Source of the DNA: an uncultured Actinomycetes bacterium
Lineage (GTDB): Bacteria; Actinomycetota; UBA4738; JBBDTT01
DNA length: 64,000 nucleotides
NCBI GenBank assembly: GCA_963742735.1
Contig: CAVUMN010000004.1
Location: 544,001-608,000, forward strand
Direction of reading: 5' to 3'
Position 1 is the stretch's first letter; every line of letters starts with the position of its first letter. This document shows positions 45,598 through 55,033 of the stretch, piece by piece. The notes under the pieces are model-generated. The model was given only the letters and a program-made list of their open reading frames with translations, was not told where the DNA came from and made no database searches. The translations under genes and the position numbers were made by a program.

Positions 45598-47189
45598 GCC
45601 CCTCGTACGAGACGACGGACGTCCTGGTCCTGGGCACCGGCTTCGGCGGGGCGATCCCCGGCTACCACCTGGCCGCCGGCGGGGCAAAGGTCCTGTTCCT
45701 GGAGCGCGGCCCGTACCTGAGGACCGAGGACTTCACCCACGACCTGCAGATCGGCACGTACACGCGGGTCGTGGACGCGATCATCGGCCAGGGCGTCGCG
45801 GTCGCGGCCGGGAACGTGGTCGGGGGGTCCTCGGTGGTGTACTTCGCGGCGTCGCTGCGGGCGCCGTCGTTCGTGTTCCGCCGGCAGCTGCCGGCCGGCC
45901 GGCCTCTCTGGCCCCGGCAGATCACCCGGGCCCGGCTCGACCCCTACTACGACCGAGTCGAGGAAACCCTGCCCGTCGCCCAGGAGGATTGGAACGACGT
46001 CAGCTTCGCCGGGGGCGTGTTCGCCGCGGCGTGCCGGCGGGCCGGACACACGTGCAACCCGGTTCCGGTCGCGGTGGACCTCGACGCCTGCACGAACTGC
46101 AACTGGATGGTGAACGGCTGCCGGTTCGGGGCGAAGCGCTCGATGCTGCTCAATTACCTCCCGGCGGCGGAGGCCGCGGGGGCCGAGATCCGCCCGCTGC
46201 ACGAGGTCCAGCGCATCCGCCCTGCGCTCACCCCCGGCTATCGATACGCGGTCGACTTCCAGACGGTCGACGTCGACGACTACCGCGCGTACACCGACGC
46301 CGGCGTCATCGAGGCCAAGGTCGTCATCCTCGCCGCCGGGGCGATGGGCTCGCCCGTCATCCTGGAGCGGTCCCGTCCGTTCCTGCCGCTGCTGTCTCGC
46401 CAGGTTGGACGGAACTTCTCGCCCAACGGCGACATGGTCACCACCGAGGTCGTCGACGAGCGCAAGGTCCGCTCGCTGCTCGGCCTCTCACGGGGGCGGG
46501 TCGCGTACGACGCGTATCCCATCGGCCGGCCGATCACGTCGATGACCTACGACTTCATGGACCCCTTGCGCCCGGAGGGGACGCGGTTCGGCATGCAGCA
46601 CATCTACTTCCCCCCGACCCTCAACGTGATCCCCAACGACGGCGTCTCCCACCAGGGGTTCCTCGGGGAGGGCAAGCGGGACGTGTCGCACCGGTGGCGA
46701 TCGTGGGTGTCGGTGCTCTCGATGGTCGAAGACGGCAACGAGGGGACGTTCGGCCCGCCTCCCGCCACGGGGAACTTCGTCCGCCTGGCGCCGTCCGCCG
46801 CGCTGTCCACCCTGGACTACCCGGCCTCGGAGTTCACCCTGAACGCGTTCGGAACCGCCGACCGCGAGGTCCGGCGCATCTTCGAGAAGGACGGCCTGGC
46901 GAGGCACCTGGAGTGGACGGGCGAGGCCGCGTTCCTGTCCGCGCATCCACTCTCCTCGTGCCGGATGGGGACGAGCGTCGACGAGTCGGTGGTGAACATA
47001 GACAACCAGGTGTGGGGCTACCCCGGGCTGTTCGTCACCGACGCCTCGACGATCCCGACTTCCCTGTGCGTGAACCCCTCGCTGACGGTGGCCGCCATGG
47101 CGGAGCGCGCGTCCGACCGCATCGTCCGCATCGCCCCGGAGCTCGGCGTACGCGTGCACGCGGACGCGCCCGTCCCCGAGCGGATGTAG
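45594..47189 (+). CDS. GMC-family flavin oxidoreductase (enediyne E9-like)
   Basis: GTGFGG, GNVVGGSSVVY, CTNCNWMVNGC, HPLSSCRMG, VNPSLTVAAMAER; GTGA coupling to the upstream gene. Confidence 0.9.
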   Translation: MSPSYETTDVLVLGTGFGGAIPGYHLAAGGAKVLFLERGPYLRTEDFTHDLQIGTYTRVVDAIIGQGVAVAAGNVVGGSSVVYFAASLRAPSFVFRRQLPAGRPLWPRQITRARLDPYYDRVEETLPVAQEDWNDVSFAGGVFAAACRRAGHTCNPVPVAVDLDACTNCNWMVNGCRFGAKRSMLLNYLPAAEAAGAEIRPLHEVQRIRPALTPGYRYAVDFQTVDVDDYRAYTDAGVIEAKVVILAAGAMGSPVILERSRPFLPLLSRQVGRNFSPNGDMVTTEVVDERKVRSLLGLSRGRVAYDAYPIGRPITSMTYDFMDPLRPEGTRFGMQHIYFPPTLNVIPNDGVSHQGFLGEGKRDVSHRWRSWVSVLSMVEDGNEGTFGPPPATGNFVRLAPSAALSTLDYPASEFTLNAFGTADREVRRIFEKDGLARHLEWTGEAAFLSAHPLSSCRMGTSVDESVVNIDNQVWGYPGLFVTDASTIPTSLCVNPSLTVAAMAERASDRIVRIAPELGVRVHADAPVPERM

Positions 47190-47200
47190 CGTTCGGGGCC

Positions 47201-48184
47201 GTGGACGTCCGGTTCGTGACCGCGAACGGCGCCGAGACCCACGGCCCCGCGGACGTGAAGGCCCTCCTGGAGCGCGGGGACGGGTTCGTCTGGGTGGACG
47301 TCTCCGAGCCGACCGAGCCCGAGGTCGCCCGGCTGCAGGAGAGCTTCGGCTTCCACCCGCTGGCCCTTCGCGCCGCGGCGGAGCGCAGCCACGTCCCGAA
47401 GATCCACCCGTACCCCGACCACGTCTTCCTGGTCCTGCACGCGCCCGAGCCCGGCGACGCCGGGCACGTACACCTGGTCGAGCTCGATCAGTTCGTGGGC
47501 CTGCGGTACCTGGTCACGGTGCACGGGCCTCTCGGCGAGGGTGTCCCGCTCGAGGCGGCGCTCCGGGAGACCGCCTCGGTCGCCGCGAAGATCGACGAGG
47601 GCCGGTTCCGTCCGGGCTCGCCGGCGGAGCTCTCGCACGCCATCGTCAGCGCGCTCGCCCGGCGGATGGAGCGGTTCGTCTCGAGCCTGGCCACCGGCAT
47701 CGCCGCCCTGGAGCGCCAGGTGATGGCGGGACACCTCAAGGATCCCGAGGGAGCCCTGGAGGAGATGTTCCGCGTCCGTCACGAGCTCCTCACCGTGCGA
47801 ACGATGGCCGCGCAGAGCCGGGAGGCGTACGTGCGCACGAACGCCCTCGCCCGCTTCCTGCCCCCCGACGCTCACCCGTACATCGAGGACCTGATGACCG
47901 AGTTCGACCGCATCCGCGCGCTGGCCGACGGCGAGCAGGAGTTCCTGCAGGGGATCCTGGACTACTACACGTCACGGACCTCGACGAAGATCAACATCGC
48001 CATGGAACGCCTGGCCCTCATCGCCGGGGTGATCCTGCCGATCAACGCGATCGCCGGGATCTACGGGATGAACATCATCGTGAACGACCGCACCGACTTC
48101 GGGCACCTCGCGGTGCTCGGCGCGTTCATCCTGCTGGTCTCGGGCGGCATGCTCATGTGGGCCAAGCGCCACGAGTGGTGGTGA
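47201..48184 (+). CDS. corA: CorA-family Mg2+/Co2+ transporter
   Basis: FGFHPLA, GIYGMN signature, two C-terminal TM helices. Confidence 0.9.
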   Translation: MDVRFVTANGAETHGPADVKALLERGDGFVWVDVSEPTEPEVARLQESFGFHPLALRAAAERSHVPKIHPYPDHVFLVLHAPEPGDAGHVHLVELDQFVGLRYLVTVHGPLGEGVPLEAALRETASVAAKIDEGRFRPGSPAELSHAIVSALARRMERFVSSLATGIAALERQVMAGHLKDPEGALEEMFRVRHELLTVRTMAAQSREAYVRTNALARFLPPDAHPYIEDLMTEFDRIRALADGEQEFLQGILDYYTSRTSTKINIAMERLALIAGVILPINAIAGIYGMNIIVNDRTDFGHLAVLGAFILLVSGGMLMWAKRHEWW

Positions 48185-50212
48185 TCACGCCCTGACGAAC
48201 CGCTCCGCCACGATCTTCGCCGCGTAGGTCCCGTCGCCGTAGTAGAAGCGCATCCCCGAGGAGCAGAAGCACGTGAACGCCACCTCGACCCGGAGGTGGT
48301 GTCCCTTCAGGACCTCGTAGGGCTTCGCCGGCGTGAACGCGTACGTCGTCTCGTTGACGGCGGCGCCGGCCTCGTAGCCCGCCCCCGCGCTGGCGATGGG
48401 CATCTCCGAGCCGTCCGGCGCCACGTCGATCAGCGCCGCGGTGATGGTCCCGACGATTCCCTCCGACAGCGGCTCCTGGAGGAAGGCGGTCAGGTCCACC
48501 TTTCCACCCAGGATCAGGTCTTTGGTCAACGCCGGCCCGTCGAAGGCGACCGGCACGCCACCGAAGGTGGTCGTCCACAGGTTCCCGCTGGCCACGTGCA
48601 GGCTGTCGCCGGCCCTGGCCGCGATCGCGCCCACGTCGCCCGGCGCGTCGAGCTCACCCCCGGCGGGGTCTGGGTTCGGGACGCCGGTCCCGGAGTCGGC
48701 CCCGGGCGTCAGGAACAGCTGCGTCGTTCCCACCCGCTTCGTCTTGCCGGGCAGGACGCCGCCGCGGACCGCCGCGGCCTTGGGCGGGACGGGCGGCCTC
48801 GGGGTGACCCCCGCGTAGAGCCCGGGTCCGCCCCGCTGCTCGGCGATCCACGACCACCCGCCCAGGTGCGCCGGGTTCGAGTCGTCCGGGTAGGCGATGA
48901 GTGCCCGGCCGTCCTTGGTCAGCCCGATCTGCAGGACCTCGGCCAGGTTGCGGTTGCCGCCGGTCACGTCGCACAGGAGGCCCTCCAGGCAGATCTCGCC
49001 CGTGTGCACGACGTGGTCGCTCGCGCGGACCTGGGTCCACTTCGACCCCTTCGCCAGTGCGCGCAGGCTGTACGAGTAGTTGACGTACCACTTGGCGTCC
49101 GCGACGGAGGGTTCGGCCGCCGCCGTCCCCAGCCACGCCAGGCCGACCCGGCCCGCGTCGCCGGCGATCACGTACGGGAACACCGCGGCGTGATCCGAGG
49201 GCCCGCTGACCTTCACCGGAGCGCTCCAGGTCATCGCGTGGTCACGCGAGAAGGACAGGTACACACCGTGCAGGTCCGACCAGGCCGCATACAGGTTTCC
49301 GGCCCGGTCCACGGCGATCGCCGGGAAGAGGCCCTGCAGGCTGGTCCCCGGGGGCGCGGCGAACACCTTGTGCACCGTCGGGTTCGCGCCGCCGGGCTCC
49401 GTGATGGCCACCCACACGGTGCGCGGCTTCGTCAGCGGGGTGAGGTTCTCCTCGGTGGAGTCCTGGGCCAGGAACGCGAATGCGGCGCGCCCGTCCCGGT
49501 CGGTGATCAGGTTCGAGTGGATGTTGCCGTTCCCGAGCCCGGGAGCGGGGCCCCCGCCGAACTGTGTGAGCATCTCCGGGGGCAGCATGCCGAGCGGCGC
49601 ACCGAACGTGCGCCCTCCGTCGGTGGACTTCACCATCCACACCTGGCTGATGAAGATGTCGTGGTAGGTCAGGTACACGGTGTCCGGCCCGTACGAGGCC
49701 TGCCACTGGCGGTCGACCCCGACGAAGTTCGCGACCTGTGGGTTGTACTCGAGCGCCTCCCCGACCCCACCGGTGACGGCCATCCCTATCGTGGCCAGGG
49801 AGTTGAGCGTGGAGACCTGGATGTCGCCGTCGGTGGAGATGGACAGCTCGTTGTCGCCGCCCCCCGGCGTGGCGCCGGTGGCGTCCGTTACGCCGGGAAC
49901 CCCGTCGATCTTCGCGACGTGGGTGTAGGTGAACGTCTTGGGGTCGCGGACCCACATGTTGACCCCGCCGCCCGCCCCCTCCTGCGCCGTCGCCCAGATG
50001 ATCCCGTCCGGGTCGGACTTGACCTCGGGCTCGAGCAGCTGCCCGCACCCGATCGGGCCGGCGATGGTCAGGTCGCAGGTCAACTCGACGTTCGGGAAGA
50101 ACGTCACCGGCGCGGGCACCTTGGCCTTGGTCGCCCTCGCCTGGACCGGCGAGAGCTGAGCCACGAGGGCCAGCACGAGCAGCGCTGCGGCGACCGCGGG
50201 CTTTCGCATCAT
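48185..50212 (-). CDS. Secreted sialidase-fold (BNR/Asp-box) protein
   Basis: Signal peptide; DRQW, KSTDGGRTF, FSRDHAMTW Asp-boxes; VHTGEICLEGLLC. Confidence 0.8.
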   Translation of the reverse strand: MMRKPAVAAALLVLALVAQLSPVQARATKAKVPAPVTFFPNVELTCDLTIAGPIGCGQLLEPEVKSDPDGIIWATAQEGAGGGVNMWVRDPKTFTYTHVAKIDGVPGVTDATGATPGGGDNELSISTDGDIQVSTLNSLATIGMAVTGGVGEALEYNPQVANFVGVDRQWQASYGPDTVYLTYHDIFISQVWMVKSTDGGRTFGAPLGMLPPEMLTQFGGGPAPGLGNGNIHSNLITDRDGRAAFAFLAQDSTEENLTPLTKPRTVWVAITEPGGANPTVHKVFAAPPGTSLQGLFPAIAVDRAGNLYAAWSDLHGVYLSFSRDHAMTWSAPVKVSGPSDHAAVFPYVIAGDAGRVGLAWLGTAAAEPSVADAKWYVNYSYSLRALAKGSKWTQVRASDHVVHTGEICLEGLLCDVTGGNRNLAEVLQIGLTKDGRALIAYPDDSNPAHLGGWSWIAEQRGGPGLYAGVTPRPPVPPKAAAVRGGVLPGKTKRVGTTQLFLTPGADSGTGVPNPDPAGGELDAPGDVGAIAARAGDSLHVASGNLWTTTFGGVPVAFDGPALTKDLILGGKVDLTAFLQEPLSEGIVGTITAALIDVAPDGSEMPIASAGAGYEAGAAVNETTYAFTPAKPYEVLKGHHLRVEVAFTCFCSSGMRFYYGDGTYAAKIVAERFVRA

Positions 50213-50310
50213 GAGGGTTCCTTTCGAGGGGCGGGACGCATGGCGCTGACTCCTTCGCCAAGGAGGCGGCCGGTTCCTACCCCGCTGAGCGCGGCCGAGA
50301 GGCCTGGGGC

Positions 50311-50751
50311 TTACGGAGTCGCGGTCGGGGGAGGCGTCGCCGGGGGCGGCTGAGCAGGAGGGGGGCCGCCGCGGCCGCCCGGCGCACCGGGACCGCCGCG
50401 CCCACCACCACCGAAGCCGCCGCCGCGTCCGCCGGGGCCTCCGGGCCCACCGCGCCCACCACCACCGAAGCCACCGCCACCACCGCGTCCACCGGGACCG
50501 CCGCGGCCGAAGCCTCCGCGGTCGCGGGTCGGGCGGGGCTCGGGCGGACGGACCTTGATGGTCCGGGGCTTGAAGCCTTCGCGCTCCAGGCGCACATGGT
50601 GATGGTCGTGCAGCTTCTCGCGAGCGGTCTCACGCCATCCCTCGGTCGTGAGTCGCTGGAGCCAGCCCGCCGCGGTCTTCCGCATCCGCTCGGTTCCGGG
50701 CTCCTTCAGGAACAGACGGAGGTACTTGACCTCCTTGTGCTCGCCGGCCAT
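50311..50751 (-). CDS. Small protein with an RGG/FGG-rich low-complexity tail
   Basis: GGAGG RBS; folded N-terminus (KEVKYLRLFL...EGWRE) followed by GGRGGGFGGGGRGGPG repeats. Confidence 0.75.
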   Translation of the reverse strand: MAGEHKEVKYLRLFLKEPGTERMRKTAAGWLQRLTTEGWRETAREKLHDHHHVRLEREGFKPRTIKVRPPEPRPTRDRGGFGRGGPGGRGGGGGFGGGGRGGPGGPGGRGGGFGGGGRGGPGAPGGRGGPPPAQPPPATPPPTATP

Positions 50752-50884
50752 CGATCCTCCGTGCTCGGGTGGGTGGGGCGGCCCCAAACACTACAGGAGG
50801 CCCGGACGAAGTCGCCGGAAACTTTTTCGGCGTTCTGGGTTTGGCCTCGGCGCGAGCGGGTACCCGCTACCAGAGTCATCCTCG

Positions 50885-51087
50885 GTGGACCGGATTCTCT
50901 CGAGGAAGGGGCGCCTTCGAGAGCCGGTCCACCCGGGATGACTCTTTGTGTGTGGGATGTCTGGGGGTCCCCAGAAATGGCGACGCCGCCCGAGGTTTCC
51001 GGTGGCGTTTGGCGGGTAGCTTGGGGCTGAGCCGTCCGGTGTGGACCGGATCTCTCGAGGAAGGGGCGCCTTCGAGGGCCGGTCCAC
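50885..51087. repeat. Two copies of a 47-48 bp palindromic (REP-like) element
   Basis: GTGGACCGGAT(T)CTCTCGAGGAAGGGGCGCCTTCGAG(A/G)GCCGGTCCAC at 50885-50932 and 51041-51087. Confidence 0.85.
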
Positions 51088-51114
51088 TCCAGGCGGCTCG
51101 ACCTCTGTCCGGGG

Positions 51115-51393
51115 TCAGCCCCCCGGCCACTCCGGCTTCTCCGGCTCCTGACTGAACAGGTCGTCCAGGGAGCCGCCCGGCTTCTCGGGTTCCCGGGCCA
51201 GCACGTCGTCCAGGCTCGGCGAGCTCAGGTCTCCCGCCGCCTCGAGCATCTGGTCGAGGTCGCCGCCGGGGTCACCCTTCAGCCGGATCCGCAGCGCCGC
51301 CAGCACGGCGGCGTGGGGCTCGGACAGCCCCTGGTTGACCTTGATCTCGGTCAGCGCGGTCTCGGCGCGGCGGAGAAGGGCCTCGTCGTTCAC
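51115..51393 (-). CDS. Hypothetical small protein
   Basis: VNDEALLRRAETALTEIKV...; GTG 6 nt after CAGACT; good codon usage. Confidence 0.7.
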   Translation of the reverse strand: MNDEALLRRAETALTEIKVNQGLSEPHAAVLAALRIRLKGDPGGDLDQMLEAAGDLSSPSLDDVLAREPEKPGGSLDDLFSQEPEKPEWPGG

Positions 51394-51459
51394 TCCGCCA
51401 GTCTGCCACGCCGCCGCCGGGAGCAGGAACGCGTCCGGGCGGGTCGAACTCTCGTGTTG

Positions 51460-54438
51460 ATGCTCACTCGCGCCCGCACGCTTACTCTGCTTGTCGTCTC
51501 CGTCCTCCTGCTGACCGGGGGAATTCCCCTGCTGCCCCCCGCCTCGGCGCAGATCCCCCCGCTCCTGCCCCCGGGGTCCAATCCCGGCACCGGGCGGGTG
51601 CGGGCCGGCGTGGGCGTGGTCGACACCACCTGGCACGTCGGGGCATCCGCCGGCCAGTACGCCGGCGACCCCGTCCTGGATGGGGAGGGCATCCCGGGGA
51701 TCACCCCCGAGTCGCACTTCGACCCGCACCGCCACCAGCTTCGGCGCGAGCCCTCCTACGGGGTCCAGTCCCGGCTGTCGGCGAGAGCGATCGTGGTCGA
51801 GGGCCCCGACGGGACCCGGATCGCGCTGCTCAAGAACGACCTGTACATCCCCCAGGACATGCTGTGGCGGCGCACCGCCCAGATCCTCGAGGCGAACGGC
51901 ACCTCCGGGATCGACCGCACGCACCTGACGATGATGGCCACCCACAACCACTCGAGCCCGTTCTACAGCTCCACCTCGTGGGGCCCGTGGGCGTTCCAGG
52001 ACGCGTTCGACCTGCGGTTCTTCGAGTACTACGCCCAGGCCCAGGCCGCCGCCGTGGAGAAGGCCGCCGCCACCCTCAAGCCCGTGAGGGTGGGGGCGTC
52101 CGTCTCCTACTTCGACAAGACCCACCGGCACTCGTTCGGCCCTTCGATCGCCGACGACGGGACGCCGGCCGGGTTCCCGAACGGGGAGACCGACCACGAC
52201 TTCATGGTCGTCCGGTTCGACGACGTCTCGAACCCCCAGGCGCCCAAGCCGCTCGCCATCCTGGCCAACTTCGGGGTCCACCCCGAGTTCCTGGAGGGCA
52301 ACAACCTGGTCTCGGCCGACTACATCGGGCCCCTCGAGCGCATGGTCGACCGCGCCACGGGCGCGATGATGCTGTGGACCCAGGGGAGCGTGGGGACGGC
52401 CGAGCCCGAGCGTTCGACGTACCACTCGATCCACGAGCGGCTCGAGTTCACGCACAAGGACTACGCGCAGGCCGAGTACGGCGCGCGTCTGATGGCCAAC
52501 GCCCTGCTCGACACCTGGAACGACGTCGCGGCCGGCACCCCCGAGCAGGCCGGCCGGTTCGTGCCGTTCAAGACCGTGTTTCCGGTGGCGATGGTGGACC
52601 GCTGGTTCCCCGGACACGTGTCGCACCCGTACCCCGGCGTTTCGAACTGCCGGACCGACGCCGTCTTCACGGGCGAGCCGCGGCTCCCGATCGTCGGGCT
52701 CCCCGACTGCACGAGCCCGCAGGACCTCGCCCGCGAGTATCTCGGCGTCGAGATCCCGCCGCTGCCGGTCGACCCGGGGATCACGACGGACACGTTCGAG
52801 GCCGCGGGCATCCCCGTCCCGGAGAACTACTCGGCGCCTTCGTACAACTCGCTCGAGGAGTCCATGGGCGTCCACCTCCAGGCCGCGCGTCTCGGCGACA
52901 TCCTGCTGGTGATGTGCTCGTGCGAGCAGTGGTCCGAGCAGACCAAGAACATCAAGACCCGCACGGACCTCAAGGCGAACAACATCTGGCGGGGCTTCGA
53001 CTGGGGCGCGCAGTGCACCCAGAACCCCGACACCACGTGGAAGTGCCCCAACCCCGGGAACCCGAGCACCTTCCTCGAGCCGGTCACCGACCACGAGTAC
53101 AAGCGGATGCGGGCCCAGGTGAACAACGACGCCCTCGGATGGGACAAGCCGAAGAACGTCCTGGCCGCGGAGTCCGAGCCGGTGGACACCACGCAGATCT
53201 GGGGCAACTTCACCCAGAACGAGCTCCCGATCGGCCCGCACAAGCCGGGCCACGGCTACCCGCTGACGGTCACCCTGGGCATGGCCAACGACTACAACGG
53301 CTACATCGCGTCCTACCGCGAGTACTCGCGGGGCGACCACTACCGGAAGGCCCTCACCGGGTGGGGCGCGCACTCCTCGGATTACCTCGCCACCCGCCTG
53401 GTGCAGATGGGCGGGCAGCTCAACGGCGGCCCGCCCCCGCCGGCGGAGACGCTGGATCCCAGGGAGGTCGTCGACCAGCTGATCAACGACGCGAAGGGGA
53501 TCGTGCTGGGGGCGATCGCCGAAACCGTGATCCCCGCGTACGAGGCCCTGCTGCCCGACGACGGCGAGGACCCGAGGTTCCTCGCCCAGCCGAAGGACGT
53601 CACGCGCTTCTCCACCGCGTTCTTCCAGTGGTACGGCGGTTCCAACTACACCGACAACCCGAACGTGAAGGTCCAGCGGCGCGTTGACGGCGTGTGGAAG
53701 GACTTCGGCGACATGTCCGGCGAGGTCGTGCTGACCCTCGAGTTCCCGAAGGGTCCCCTCAGTGTGGTCCCGTACCTGCTGGGCGACCAGTCCTGGGCGT
53801 GGACGGCGCACTTCGAGGCGTTCGACTCCAGGTTCCAGAACCTCGGTGAGCGGCCGGGCTCGACGCCCGCGGGCGAGTACCGGTTCGTGGTCGACGGCCA
53901 CCACCGCGACGCCGGACAGGCCGTCCCCTACCACCTGGAGTCCAAGGTCTTCGACGTCCGGCCCTGGGACGGCATCACCGCGAACGACCTGCGGGTCGAC
54001 GCGGACGGGACCGTCAGCCTGAAGGTCGGCCCCCGAAGGACGATCGCCGTCCCCGGCATCCCGGGCGGGGCCGAGATCGGCCCGATCGACTACCCCGACT
54101 CCTACGCGTCGCCGATCCCGTTCATCCGCGACGTCCGCGAGTTCCGCCGCGACCCGGCGGCGCCGAACGACCCGAGCCTGCTGGAGTGGTACTGCTTCCC
54201 GTGCACGTTCCGGCCGTGGGCCGACACCGGCCAGGCCGCGGTCGTGAAGGTGACGCTCATCCGAACGGGCGGGATCCACCAGACCTACGAGGCGACCCTC
54301 GGGGCCGACGGGCGCTGGCACACCAGCCAGGCCTTGCTGCCCGGGGAACGGGCCTTCGTCGACTCCGGCGACATCCACGACACGTACGGGAACTTCAACC
54401 GGGCGGCCTCCGCGACCGTCACCCGGCCGCTGGTCTGA
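51460..54438 (+). CDS. Secreted neutral/alkaline ceramidase-like protein
   Basis: Signal peptide; RAGVGVVDTT, SRLSARAIVV, MMATHNHSSP, NFGVHPE, LVSADY, GMANDYNGY. Confidence 0.8.
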   Translation: MLTRARTLTLLVVSVLLLTGGIPLLPPASAQIPPLLPPGSNPGTGRVRAGVGVVDTTWHVGASAGQYAGDPVLDGEGIPGITPESHFDPHRHQLRREPSYGVQSRLSARAIVVEGPDGTRIALLKNDLYIPQDMLWRRTAQILEANGTSGIDRTHLTMMATHNHSSPFYSSTSWGPWAFQDAFDLRFFEYYAQAQAAAVEKAAATLKPVRVGASVSYFDKTHRHSFGPSIADDGTPAGFPNGETDHDFMVVRFDDVSNPQAPKPLAILANFGVHPEFLEGNNLVSADYIGPLERMVDRATGAMMLWTQGSVGTAEPERSTYHSIHERLEFTHKDYAQAEYGARLMANALLDTWNDVAAGTPEQAGRFVPFKTVFPVAMVDRWFPGHVSHPYPGVSNCRTDAVFTGEPRLPIVGLPDCTSPQDLAREYLGVEIPPLPVDPGITTDTFEAAGIPVPENYSAPSYNSLEESMGVHLQAARLGDILLVMCSCEQWSEQTKNIKTRTDLKANNIWRGFDWGAQCTQNPDTTWKCPNPGNPSTFLEPVTDHEYKRMRAQVNNDALGWDKPKNVLAAESEPVDTTQIWGNFTQNELPIGPHKPGHGYPLTVTLGMANDYNGYIASYREYSRGDHYRKALTGWGAHSSDYLATRLVQMGGQLNGGPPPPAETLDPREVVDQLINDAKGIVLGAIAETVIPAYEALLPDDGEDPRFLAQPKDVTRFSTAFFQWYGGSNYTDNPNVKVQRRVDGVWKDFGDMSGEVVLTLEFPKGPLSVVPYLLGDQSWAWTAHFEAFDSRFQNLGERPGSTPAGEYRFVVDGHHRDAGQAVPYHLESKVFDVRPWDGITANDLRVDADGTVSLKVGPRRTIAVPGIPGGAEIGPIDYPDSYASPIPFIRDVREFRRDPAAPNDPSLLEWYCFPCTFRPWADTGQAAVVKVTLIRTGGIHQTYEATLGADGRWHTSQALLPGERAFVDSGDIHDTYGNFNRAASATVTRPLV

Positions 54439-54485
54439 GCACGGCGGTTTGACGGGCCGCCTCGGCGGCTGCGGGAATACGCGGC

Positions 54486-54860
54486 ATGCGACCCGTGCAC
54501 GCCGCGCTGGGATGGGCCATCGTCGCCGGCTTCGGCCTGCTGTGGCTGTGGCCGCTGGTCGCGTGGGCGGCCCGCCGGGGCGACATCCACCGCTGGTACT
54601 GGACCCTGCTCGGCACGATGCAGGGGACCCTGCTGGTCCAGCTGGTCGCCGGGGTGGTCCTGCTCGTCGCCGGGGGCCGGATGCCGGTGCTCCACTACTT
54701 CTACGGCTCGCTGTTCCCCGCGATCGTGCTCATCGGCGCCCACGTCGTGGCCCGCGACCCCGACAACGGCTTCACGCCGTGGAAAGTGTTCGGGTTCGCC
54801 GGGTTCGTCGCATTCGGCCTGACCCTCCGGGCCCTCACCACGGGCCTCGGGATCGGCTAG
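54486..54860 (+). CDS. Hypothetical 4-TM membrane protein
   Basis: Four hydrophobic segments; LHYFYG and LRALTTG motifs. Confidence 0.8.
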   Translation: MRPVHAALGWAIVAGFGLLWLWPLVAWAARRGDIHRWYWTLLGTMQGTLLVQLVAGVVLLVAGGRMPVLHYFYGSLFPAIVLIGAHVVARDPDNGFTPWKVFGFAGFVAFGLTLRALTTGLGIG

Positions 54861-55033
54861 AAATCACCCGAAACCGGGCCCTTCCGTCACCACTGGACTA
54901 GTTCGAAGCGACCGCCGAAATGGCCACGGGGGGCTATTCACCCCGCCGCGTCCGTCGAAAAGACTGGTTCGCGCCCGGACGTGACGTCCGGCGGGGGACC
55001 CCTCCCCCGCCCGCGATGGAGGAGGTCTCACAG

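Noticed and set aside
50885-51087. Possible mini-CRISPR
   Set aside because: Only two repeats of 47-48 bp, a 108-bp structured spacer, and no cas genes.
51394-54378. 1087-aa minus-strand ORF
   Set aside because: Antisense shadow of the ceramidase-like gene; only its last 92 aa (51115..51393) look like a real gene.
54861-55030. Possible c-di-AMP (ydaO) riboswitch upstream of the LPXTG gene
   Set aside because: Only a loose CGCCGAA/GGGG resemblance; the conserved 3' GTCAGCTAAC-type element is missing. An Infernal search would settle it.
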